Shown here piece after piece: positions 14,932 to 22,263 of a stretch of 58,634 nt of DNA. The first letter of the stretch is position 1; the number at the start of each line of letters is the position of its first letter. Position numbers and translations under genes: made by a program. The stretch lies in IMG/VR virus record IMGVR_UViG_3300045988_080144. One strand, 5' to 3'. The notes below the pieces were generated by a model, which made no database searches, was not told the DNA's origin, and saw nothing but the letters and a program-made list of their open reading frames with translations. The stretch is from a virus.

Positions 14932-15467
14932 ACGGTTTCCTGAAAGACATCACCTACGCCCGCAGCGGCGAATATATCCTGTCGATCTACACGCGGGAAA
15001 GCTGCAAGGACCTTTGGAAAAACTTCGGCGAGCGGCCGATCACGTTCTCCATTGCAAAGAAAGCTGATCCTCGTGGGCTTCGCGCCAACAACTACGCATG
15101 GGCACTCATTGAGCAGCTCGCGGCCAAGCTGAAAACCGACAAGGAATCCGTCTACGAGGAAATGATTCGGCGCTACGGTGTCGGTGAAAGCTACATCGAC
15201 GAAGCTGGGAACGAATGCAAGGTGCTGTTTTCCCTGCGCGACGGTGTGCCGCCGCGGCTTGTGGCCAGACACTATGCCGAGATCGGCGTCGGCTACATCG
15301 AGGGCAAAAAATTCATCCACTACCGCGCCTTGAAAGGCACAAGCGAGTACACCGCTGCCGAGATGGCTGCGTTCCTCGACGGTATCATCGCCGAGTGTGA
15401 GGAACAAGGTATTCAGACCGGCCCGCCCGAAAAAACAGATCAGTACAAGGAGGCGAAGAAGCCTTGA
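14928..15467 (+). CDS. NinB/Orf-like recombination mediator (putative)
   Basis: GTG 14928 overlaps the upstream stop. RANNYAWALIEQLA and GTSEYTAAEMAAFLDGIIAECEEQGI resemble the lambda NinB layout. Confidence 0.4.
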   Translation: MNGFLKDITYARSGEYILSIYTRESCKDLWKNFGERPITFSIAKKADPRGLRANNYAWALIEQLAAKLKTDKESVYEEMIRRYGVGESYIDEAGNECKVLFSLRDGVPPRLVARHYAEIGVGYIEGKKFIHYRALKGTSEYTAAEMAAFLDGIIAECEEQGIQTGPPEKTDQYKEAKKP

Positions 15468-15844
15468 CCGTTTATTGCGATTACTGCGGCCACAAAGCCG
15501 CGCTGGTCGATGATTCCGAGATCTATGGCCGCAGCTTCGGCCACACCGCGTATCTCTGCAGAAACTGTGGTGCATACGTCGGCTGCCATGGCCGAACAGA
15601 CAAGCCCCTCGGCCGTCTGGCCGATGCCACACTCCGGAAATGGAAAATGGCAGCTCACGCCTCGTTCGACCCTCTCTGGAAAACCGGGCCGTTCCGTGGG
15701 CGGCGCAAAGCCGCCTACGGCTGGCTCGCTGGACAAATGGGACTTCCGGTCGAGAAGACGCACATCGGTATGTTTGACGTGCCTCAGTGTCAGGAAGTCA
15801 TCAAGATCATTGAAAAAGGAGATTTCAAAAATGCTCAACTTTGA
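15464..15844 (+). CDS. Zinc-ribbon phage protein (DUF3268-like)
   Basis: Product CDYCGHKA...CRNCGAYVGCHGRTDKPLGRLA...LRKWKMAAHASFDPLW. Confidence 0.5.
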   Translation: MTVYCDYCGHKAALVDDSEIYGRSFGHTAYLCRNCGAYVGCHGRTDKPLGRLADATLRKWKMAAHASFDPLWKTGPFRGRRKAAYGWLAGQMGLPVEKTHIGMFDVPQCQEVIKIIEKGDFKNAQL

Positions 15845-16088
15845 TAAGAAAGACGCTCATGTTTATCCGTTCGACGAATCGCCCGGCGCCGGTATCATCA
15901 TGGACGTCGATCTGGAACAGCTCATCCGCGAGTCCGAGCGGCTGCGGGTCTGTGAAACAATTCTTCACAGCAAAAACCAGCGCGACGCACTCGAAGCCAT
16001 TTTGGGAATGCCCCGCGCTATTGTGATTCCGAATGATGACGCGCCCGAAGCAGATGCAGTGTCTTCGCAGGAGGGGAAGACATGCTGA
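15831..16088 (+). CDS. Hypothetical protein (85 aa)
   Basis: AAGGAG RBS precedes ATG 15831. Confidence 0.45.
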   Translation: MLNFDKKDAHVYPFDESPGAGIIMDVDLEQLIRESERLRVCETILHSKNQRDALEAILGMPRAIVIPNDDAPEADAVSSQEGKTC

Positions 16089-16498
16089 ACCGCATTGTTC
16101 TCATGGGACGTCTGACGCGCGACCCAGAGCTTCGCCGAACGCAGAGCGGCACGGCGGTTGTCTCCTTCTCCATCGCCTGCGACCGCGATTACGCGGCGCA
16201 GGGCGCGGAGCGGGAAACGGATTTTATCGACATTGTTGCGTGGCGCGGTACGGCTGAGTTCGTAGAGAAGTATTTCAGCAAGGGGCGCATGATCGTCGTG
16301 GGCGGTCGGCTTCAAATCCGCAACTGGCAGGACAAGGAAGGCAACAAGCGCCGCTCGGCCGAGATCCTTGCCGACAGCGTTTACTTTGGCGATTCTAAGC
16401 GCGATGGTGACGGCGGCAAACCCAAGGGCGAGCCGACCTACGACCCGACCGGCGGCTTCTCGCAGCTCGCGGACGATGACAGCGAATTGCCGTTCTAA
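16082..16498 (+). CDS. ssb: Single-stranded DNA-binding protein
   Basis: Product MLNRIVLMGRLTRDPELR...; OB fold; acidic tail DDDSELPF. Confidence 0.9.
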   Translation: MLNRIVLMGRLTRDPELRRTQSGTAVVSFSIACDRDYAAQGAERETDFIDIVAWRGTAEFVEKYFSKGRMIVVGGRLQIRNWQDKEGNKRRSAEILADSVYFGDSKRDGDGGKPKGEPTYDPTGGFSQLADDDSELPF

Positions 16499-16509
16499 GG
16501 AGGTCTCTC

Positions 16510-17355
16510 ATGGCAACAGGCAAAAGATTCTACTGGATGAAGCTCAAGGAGAGCTTTATGACCTCCGACACCATTGACTACTTTATGTCACAGCCAGACG
16601 GTGCAAACTACGTTGTTCTCTATCAGATGCTTTGTCTCAAGACCATCAACACCGATGGTCGCTTATCTCGACAGATCGGTGAGGTCGTTATCAAATACGA
16701 CATTCCGAAAATCCAGCGCGATCTCAAATGGTTCTCTGCGGACACAATCCGCGTGGCGCTCAATCTCTACAAATCCTTTGGTCTTGTCTACGAGGACATC
16801 GACGGCGTTCTTGTTCTCGCAGATCACAACAATCTTGTTGGGTGCGAGACAGACTGGGGCGAAAAGAAGCGCAGGCAACGTAATTCCCCGGCGCTCCAAA
16901 GTGGGGACAATGTCCCCACTGATGTCCCCACAACTGTCCCCACAGAGATAGAGAATAGAGATAGAGATAAAGAGATTAGAGATAAGAGTTTAGATAAAGA
17001 CACAGATATAGAGGATACGGAGGATTCTTGCGCAGAGCCGGAAACCGTCTCCGCGCCGCCGATCATCAGCATCATTCTGAACGACAAGTCGCTCTTTGAT
17101 GTGTCTCCGGAGGATTACAACCGCTGGTGCGAGCTGTACCCAGCCGTCAATGTCATGCAGGAGCTTCGGAAAATGTCGAGCTGGAGTACCGACAATCCCA
17201 AAAGACGCAAAACAAAATCCGGAATCCGTCGGTTTATCAACGCTTGGCTTTCCAAGGAGCAGGACAAAGGTGGCCAGTATCGCTATCAAGGCAACGGCTC
17301 CAGCGGCAACGTCTTTACCGACATCGCGGAGGGCATGAGAAATGGACAGGCTTGA
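16510..17355 (+). CDS. Phage replisome organiser (DnaD-like N-terminal domain)
   Basis: Product KRFYWMKLKESFMTSDTIDYFMSQPDGANYVVLYQMLCL is typical of the replisome-organiser N-terminal region. Confidence 0.7.
   Translation: MATGKRFYWMKLKESFMTSDTIDYFMSQPDGANYVVLYQMLCLKTINTDGRLSRQIGEVVIKYDIPKIQRDLKWFSADTIRVALNLYKSFGLVYEDIDGVLVLADHNNLVGCETDWGEKKRRQRNSPALQSGDNVPTDVPTTVPTEIENRDRDKEIRDKSLDKDTDIEDTEDSCAEPETVSAPPIISIILNDKSLFDVSPEDYNRWCELYPAVNVMQELRKMSSWSTDNPKRRKTKSGIRRFINAWLSKEQDKGGQYRYQGNGSSGNVFTDIAEGMRNGQA
16901..17012 (+). repeat. Iteron cluster plus AT/purine-rich tract inside the organiser gene (ori candidate)
   Basis: gtggggaca / tgtcccca x3 (16901-16944), then (a)gagata-type repeats at 16945-17012. 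Confidence 0.5.
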
Positions 17356-17899
17356 AACGGCTGATATTCTGGCGGTTCTGAAAGCGGCCTACCCGCAGTT
17401 CTATAACGGCCTCAGCCCCAAGGAGGCAAACAAGATCGTCGATCTCTGGGCTGAAATGTTCAAGGATGAGCCTGTTATGGTCGTTGCCGTTGCAGTAAAA
17501 GCCATGATCGCCTCGCGGACGAATACGTTTCCCCCGAACATCGGCGAAGTCAAAGAGCAAATCACGAAGATGCGTATGCCGAAGGAAATGACCGCCGCCG
17601 AGGCGTGGACGCTGGTCTACCGGGCGATTGCAAACAGCGGCTACAACGCAAAAGAGGAATACGACCGTCTGCCGCCTACAATTCAGCGGCTTGTCGGTTC
17701 ACCGCAGCAGCTTCGGGAATGGGGCATGATGAACGCCGAAACAGTGCAAAGCGTGGTCGCTTCCAACTTTCAGCGCTCCTACACGGTGCGCATCAAGAAC
17801 GATCGGGAGTACATGGCGCTCCCGTCAGACATAAAACAGATGATCGCCGGTGTCGCGCAGCAGTTCGCGCTCGGTGATGGAAATGAGAATGGAGGATGA
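17342..17899 (+). CDS. Replication protein, helicase-loader-like (G39P-type, tentative)
   Basis: Product ILAVLKAAYPQFYNG...VDLWAEMFKDEP. Sits directly after the organiser. Confidence 0.4.
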   Translation: MDRLETADILAVLKAAYPQFYNGLSPKEANKIVDLWAEMFKDEPVMVVAVAVKAMIASRTNTFPPNIGEVKEQITKMRMPKEMTAAEAWTLVYRAIANSGYNAKEEYDRLPPTIQRLVGSPQQLREWGMMNAETVQSVVASNFQRSYTVRIKNDREYMALPSDIKQMIAGVAQQFALGDGNENGG

Positions 17900-17903
17900 G
17901 GAT

Positions 17904-18581
17904 ATGAAAAGATGGGCAAGGCGCAACCTGCCTACGGTTGTTCTTCTGGCGGCGCTGGTTCTGCTCGCCGCGTTGGTGCTTGCGATTGCGATGCCACGCG
18001 AAACCGAAAATACGCCTGTTGTTTCCGCGGCAATTTCGCCGACGTTTGACGAAGCGGCCTATCAGAGCCGCTTGGAGGTCGAAGCCTACGCGGAGGTCGA
18101 ACACGAAACCGCCGATATTCCCGGTACATACGATCTGCCAGAGCCTCCCCAAGAGGCAGACAGCAAGCCTTGCGGGAAAGGCGGCTTCGAGTGCCAGGAC
18201 AAAGAGGACTGGGAGCGCCTTGCCATTGTGATCTATCAGGAAGCCGGCGGCGACGATGTGTGCGATATGTGCCGCTATCGTGTGGCCGACGTTGTTCTGA
18301 ATCGCGTGGCCGATCCTCGCTACCCCGATACCATCGAGGGCGTTCTGATGGACAACAAATACGGTCTGCAATGGGGGCTGCTCTCCGTGACCGGAATCGT
18401 CTGGCCTGATAAGGCAAGCGAGCCGGGCGAAGCCGCCGCCGTGCAGCGGGCGTGGGACATTGCGGCCGACGTTCTCGAAGGGCATCACAGCGACCTCGAT
18501 GGCAATTACATTTGGTGTTCCGAGTACAAGCAGGGTTCCGAAGTGATCTACTGCAACGGCATTTACTTCGGCGTGGGTTAG
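17904..18581 (+). CDS. SleB-type cell-wall hydrolase with N-terminal signal anchor
   Basis: TM segment LPTVVLLAALVLLAALVLAIA. Product WERLAIVIYQEAGGD...VADVVLNRVADPRYPDTIEGVL. Confidence 0.6.
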   Translation: MKRWARRNLPTVVLLAALVLLAALVLAIAMPRETENTPVVSAAISPTFDEAAYQSRLEVEAYAEVEHETADIPGTYDLPEPPQEADSKPCGKGGFECQDKEDWERLAIVIYQEAGGDDVCDMCRYRVADVVLNRVADPRYPDTIEGVLMDNKYGLQWGLLSVTGIVWPDKASEPGEAAAVQRAWDIAADVLEGHHSDLDGNYIWCSEYKQGSEVIYCNGIYFGVG

Positions 18582-18590
18582 GAGGCAGCC

Positions 18591-19097
18591 ATGGCGAAAG
18601 ATCCAAAACGGCAGCTTCTCGGCAAGATCGCCCGCCAGAAGGGCCAGTATTTCGAGCAGCGGCTTGACAGCACCTTCGATTACTACCGCGAGCGCGGCTA
18701 TGCAGAGATTGAAAAGACGCCTGAGCCGATGAAAGTTATCAAGCCAGAGGGCAACGGTCGCTTCTTGGCCTGCTACACCAAGAAAGCGCAGGTTGACTAC
18801 AAAGGCACGCTCAAGGGCGGCAGGACGGTCCTGTTTGAAGCCAAGTTCACAGCCACAGACCGGCTGACGCAGGATCGCGTTATCGACAAGCAGGCTTCCT
18901 ACATGGACAGACACCAGCGGCTCGGCGCCCGCTGCTTCGTCGTTGCCGGCTTTTCGACCGACGAGGTCTACAAAATCCCTTGGGCCGACTGGCAGAACAT
19001 GAAAACGTTGTTCGGCCGAAAGTACGTAAAAGAAACCGATCTACAAAATTACAGAGTGAAGACAGCTTGGAATGGAACGCTGTTTTTGCTCGACTGA
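18591..19097 (+). CDS. recU: RecU-type Holliday junction resolvase
   Basis: Product GQYFEQRLDSTFDYYRERGYAEIEKTPEP...DYKGTLKGGRTVLFEAK matches the RecU architecture. Confidence 0.65.
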   Translation: MAKDPKRQLLGKIARQKGQYFEQRLDSTFDYYRERGYAEIEKTPEPMKVIKPEGNGRFLACYTKKAQVDYKGTLKGGRTVLFEAKFTATDRLTQDRVIDKQASYMDRHQRLGARCFVVAGFSTDEVYKIPWADWQNMKTLFGRKYVKETDLQNYRVKTAWNGTLFLLD

Positions 19098-19118
19098 TGA
19101 CTGAAAGGAGTCACTACC

Positions 19119-19871
19119 ATGAGTGAAATTTCGATGTATGAAGCGCAGAAAAAGAAGATGGAAGGTTTATGCGAAGAACACGACCTGACGTATCGCTTCC
19201 AGAAAGACACCTATCCGCCCACATTCACAATCTCCCCGATTCAGGGCATGGACGCCCAGCTCTCCATGCTGGAGAACGTCGAGGAAGCCGGGTATATCAG
19301 CCCCGAAGCCAAAATGACGTGGATCTTCAAGGATGGTTCGCTGGAAACCAAGGTCACCGGCGGCACCTTTACGATTGCAAAGACGCTGCGGACGAAGATC
19401 GAATCTGTTCTGACGAAGATGCTGACGTACTGGATGCAGTATTTCTTCCGCGACGTCATGGAAAAACGCAGCCTCAAAGACGGCATGATGCCTGTCATCA
19501 ACGAGGACGAAGTCGAAGATGATGATGCCTACGAGGAAGATCCGGAAGATTCCGATGACGCCGAGGCCCCTGAAATGCTCGACGGCGATGACGCAGAAGA
19601 TGGCGCGGACGATGATCTCGGCGACACCGCCGACAGCTCCGATGCCACGGACGATGATCTCTACAATCAGGCTGTCAGCATTGTGCGCATGGAGAACAAG
19701 GCGACTGTTTCTCTCCTCCAGCGCCGCCTGAATGTCGGCTATGCCCGCGCCGCCCGCATCATGGAGCTGCTGGAGGAAAACGGCATTGTCGGACCGTTCG
19801 CTGGCTCGAATCCGCGCGAAGTCCTTCCTGCCGACGAGCCGGACGATGTGGAGGGCTCAGACGATGAATAA
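19119..19871 (+). CDS. Protein with a poly-acidic tract and a C-terminal FtsK-gamma winged-helix domain
   Basis: C-terminus LYNQAVSIVRMENKATVSLLQRRLNVGYARAARIMELLEENGIVGP. The D/E-rich run is encoded at approximately nt 19500-19660. Confidence 0.6.
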   Translation: MSEISMYEAQKKKMEGLCEEHDLTYRFQKDTYPPTFTISPIQGMDAQLSMLENVEEAGYISPEAKMTWIFKDGSLETKVTGGTFTIAKTLRTKIESVLTKMLTYWMQYFFRDVMEKRSLKDGMMPVINEDEVEDDDAYEEDPEDSDDAEAPEMLDGDDAEDGADDDLGDTADSSDATDDDLYNQAVSIVRMENKATVSLLQRRLNVGYARAARIMELLEENGIVGPFAGSNPREVLPADEPDDVEGSDDE

Positions 19872-20055
19872 TCAGAACCCGCCTCTGCTCAAACGGGATG
19901 ATTACAAAACCATCAAGCACATGAACCGTGAAGACCTGACGAAATACCTCTATCGCATCTACCGGCGCGGCTTCGATGCTGGTGTCGAGTCCACCAAAGG
20001 CAAGGTCACCAAGCGTTCCATCGTACCGCCTGAACCGGCGCAGACGGAGGAATAA
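19864..20055 (+). CDS. Hypothetical protein (63 aa)
   Basis: ATG 19864 overlaps the upstream gene's end. Confidence 0.4.
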   Translation: MNNQNPPLLKRDDYKTIKHMNREDLTKYLYRIYRRGFDAGVESTKGKVTKRSIVPPEPAQTEE

Positions 20056-20058
20056 GCC

Positions 20059-20919
20059 ATGGGAAGAAGTGTGCCGCACAATCTGAAAAGCACCCATCAG
20101 ACGGAGTTTGTAAAGATCTTCAACTCCCTCTGCGGCCGCTACGGCCGCTGGGAAATCTGGCAAGATTTCGTAACGCTCGCCGCAATCGCGATTTCAAATA
20201 CCGTTGACCGGAGTCAAGCCGCTGAGCGTGAAAAGACGTACATGACGATTGCCGGAAAGTACAAGCCCGAAGAAATGCTCAAATTCTCGCAGATGCTCCA
20301 AGAGGTCGTGATTGGTATGGATTTTAACCCGGACCAGGACTTTCTCGGTGAGCTTTACATGGCGCTTGATCTGGGCAATGACCACGCTGGACAGTTTTTC
20401 ACGCCCTATAATGTCTGCCGTATGATGGCCGAGATCACCGGCACAGACCTCCAAGCGCGTGTAGAGCGGGACGGCTGGATCTCCGTCAACGATTGTGCCT
20501 GCGGTGCAGGAGCGTTGCTGGTGGCGTTTGCAAACGCCTGTACGCGGCAGAAAATCAACTATCAGACCTCTGTGCTTTTTGTAGCACAGGACATTGACTA
20601 CATCGTTGGTCTGATGTGCTACCTGCAGCTATCGCTCATGGGCTGCGCCGGGTACGTCGTGATTGGCGACACGCTTCTTCATCCCTCAACAGCACTTGAC
20701 CGCCGGGGGCTTATCCCCCGGCCAGACCAGAACATATGGTACACCCCGTTTTATTTCCGCGACATCTGGCACTACCGCCGCATTTGGGCGCAGATGGATT
20801 TACTGCTTCAGACAGACGAAAAACCCGCCGAGCAAGTTACCGGCAAGTTAAAATCGTCTGCCGCGCTGCCGCCCTTGCCCTTGCAGGAAACGAAAACCGG
20901 GCAGCTCACACTATTCTGA
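20059..20919 (+). CDS. N6-adenine DNA methyltransferase-like protein lacking a recognisable catalytic NPPY/F motif
   Basis: GQFFTP (HsdM-type motif) and NDCACGAGALL (SAM-binding motif I) are present. No (D/N)PP(Y/F) before the stop. Confidence 0.5.
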   Translation: MGRSVPHNLKSTHQTEFVKIFNSLCGRYGRWEIWQDFVTLAAIAISNTVDRSQAAEREKTYMTIAGKYKPEEMLKFSQMLQEVVIGMDFNPDQDFLGELYMALDLGNDHAGQFFTPYNVCRMMAEITGTDLQARVERDGWISVNDCACGAGALLVAFANACTRQKINYQTSVLFVAQDIDYIVGLMCYLQLSLMGCAGYVVIGDTLLHPSTALDRRGLIPRPDQNIWYTPFYFRDIWHYRRIWAQMDLLLQTDEKPAEQVTGKLKSSAALPPLPLQETKTGQLTLF

Positions 20920-20943
20920 CAGAAAGGAGGAATCGCCTGACAC

Positions 20944-22245
20944 ATGGGAAAATGGACGGACGATCAACTTCAATATCTCCGCGAGCATAGTCGCTCACAG
21001 CCGGCAGCGGCTATTGCCGCAGCGCTTGGCCGGACGGAAGGGTCTGTACGACAAAAGAGGCGTTCGCTCGGACTGCAAAGCTATCACGCAGGATGGACAA
21101 AAGCAGAAGAACAATTCCTCCAAGATCAATGGGGTGTCATGTCAATCCCCGCGATTGCGAAGCGTCTTAACCGCTCCGTTGAGGCTGTCATCGTACGGAA
21201 AAACAGACTGGGACTTGGCCCGGTTCTGTTCGGCGGCGACTACATATCCATGAATCAGCTTATAATCGCCGTTTGCGGCACCAATGCCGGTGGGAACTAC
21301 AAGCTGAAAAGCTGGGTTGAAAACCGCGGCCTCCCGATTCACACAAAGCGCGTCAATCAAAACAGTTTTCGTGTCATTCGGCTCAATGAGTTTTGGAAAT
21401 GGGCAGAACAGCACCGCTCGTTCATTGATTTTTCCAAAATGGAGCCGTTGGCGCTGGGCGAGGAGCCTGCATGGGTAGCCGAGCAGCGCAAGAAGGACTT
21501 TCAGGCATTTGCCATCCAGCGGAAAGACCCATGGACACCCGATGAAGACGCGCGGCTGAAAATGCTGCTTCAGCAGCATCGGTACGGATACGCTGAGCTT
21601 TCTGATATACTGCGTCGGTCCGCAGGCGCGATCCAGCGCCGGTGTAACGACCTCGGTATAAAAGAGCGTCCTGTCAAGGCCGACAATCATGGTTCATCCG
21701 CAGCTTGGACACAGACCGACTTCGATGTGCTGGCAGACGGAATCCGAAAAGGCAACAGCTACACCGCCATTGGCAAGGCACTCGGCAAATCCGAAAAAGC
21801 CGTGCGTGGGAAAGTTTATTTCGTCTATCTGACCGAGAATCAGGACAAAGTACGCGCCATGCTCAAAGATCAGCCTTGGGGTTATGGCGCGCCAGACCCG
21901 ACCGTAAAGCAGGCGGTACACCTGTCCAGAACGCGAACAGAAACCCTGCAAACACTTGAAATGCTCTGCTCAGTGCTCCGCAAGCGCATCAACGACATTG
22001 ACGATAATCCCTACTGGCAGCGGCTCATGTGCGCAAACTGGGATGAAGTCAAGGGTTGCAATCTCTGTGCCAACTGCGACGAATGCACCGAGTTCCGCAG
22101 AATCCCACCACAGCATTGCGCCCGGTGCGGCCGTTCTTTTATCGAGCGCAAAGAAAATACCTTCTGCCCGGCCTGCCGGCTGGCGCGGAAGAAACAAGCG
22201 CAGCGCCATTGGTGCCGCGTGAATGGAGCGCAGACGCGCTCCTGA
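20944..22245 (+). CDS. Protein with four Myb/SANT-like HTH repeats and a C-terminal Cys-rich zinc-ribbon region
   Basis: Repeats WTDDQLQYL.., WTKAEEQFL.., WTPDEDARL.., WTQTDFDVL.. The C-terminus carries CNLCANCDEC...CARCG...CPAC. Confidence 0.55.
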   Translation: MGKWTDDQLQYLREHSRSQPAAAIAAALGRTEGSVRQKRRSLGLQSYHAGWTKAEEQFLQDQWGVMSIPAIAKRLNRSVEAVIVRKNRLGLGPVLFGGDYISMNQLIIAVCGTNAGGNYKLKSWVENRGLPIHTKRVNQNSFRVIRLNEFWKWAEQHRSFIDFSKMEPLALGEEPAWVAEQRKKDFQAFAIQRKDPWTPDEDARLKMLLQQHRYGYAELSDILRRSAGAIQRRCNDLGIKERPVKADNHGSSAAWTQTDFDVLADGIRKGNSYTAIGKALGKSEKAVRGKVYFVYLTENQDKVRAMLKDQPWGYGAPDPTVKQAVHLSRTRTETLQTLEMLCSVLRKRINDIDDNPYWQRLMCANWDEVKGCNLCANCDECTEFRRIPPQHCARCGRSFIERKENTFCPACRLARKKQAQRHWCRVNGAQTRS

Positions 22246-22263
22246 ATGAAAGGAGATTCGCAA

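Noticed and set aside
16945-17012. gagata/agagat repeats as a CRISPR-like or microsatellite element
   Set aside because: The repeats are degenerate, lie inside an intact coding frame (encoding EIENRDRDKEIRDKSLDKD) and adjoin iterons. They are better explained as an origin-associated AT/purine-rich tract.
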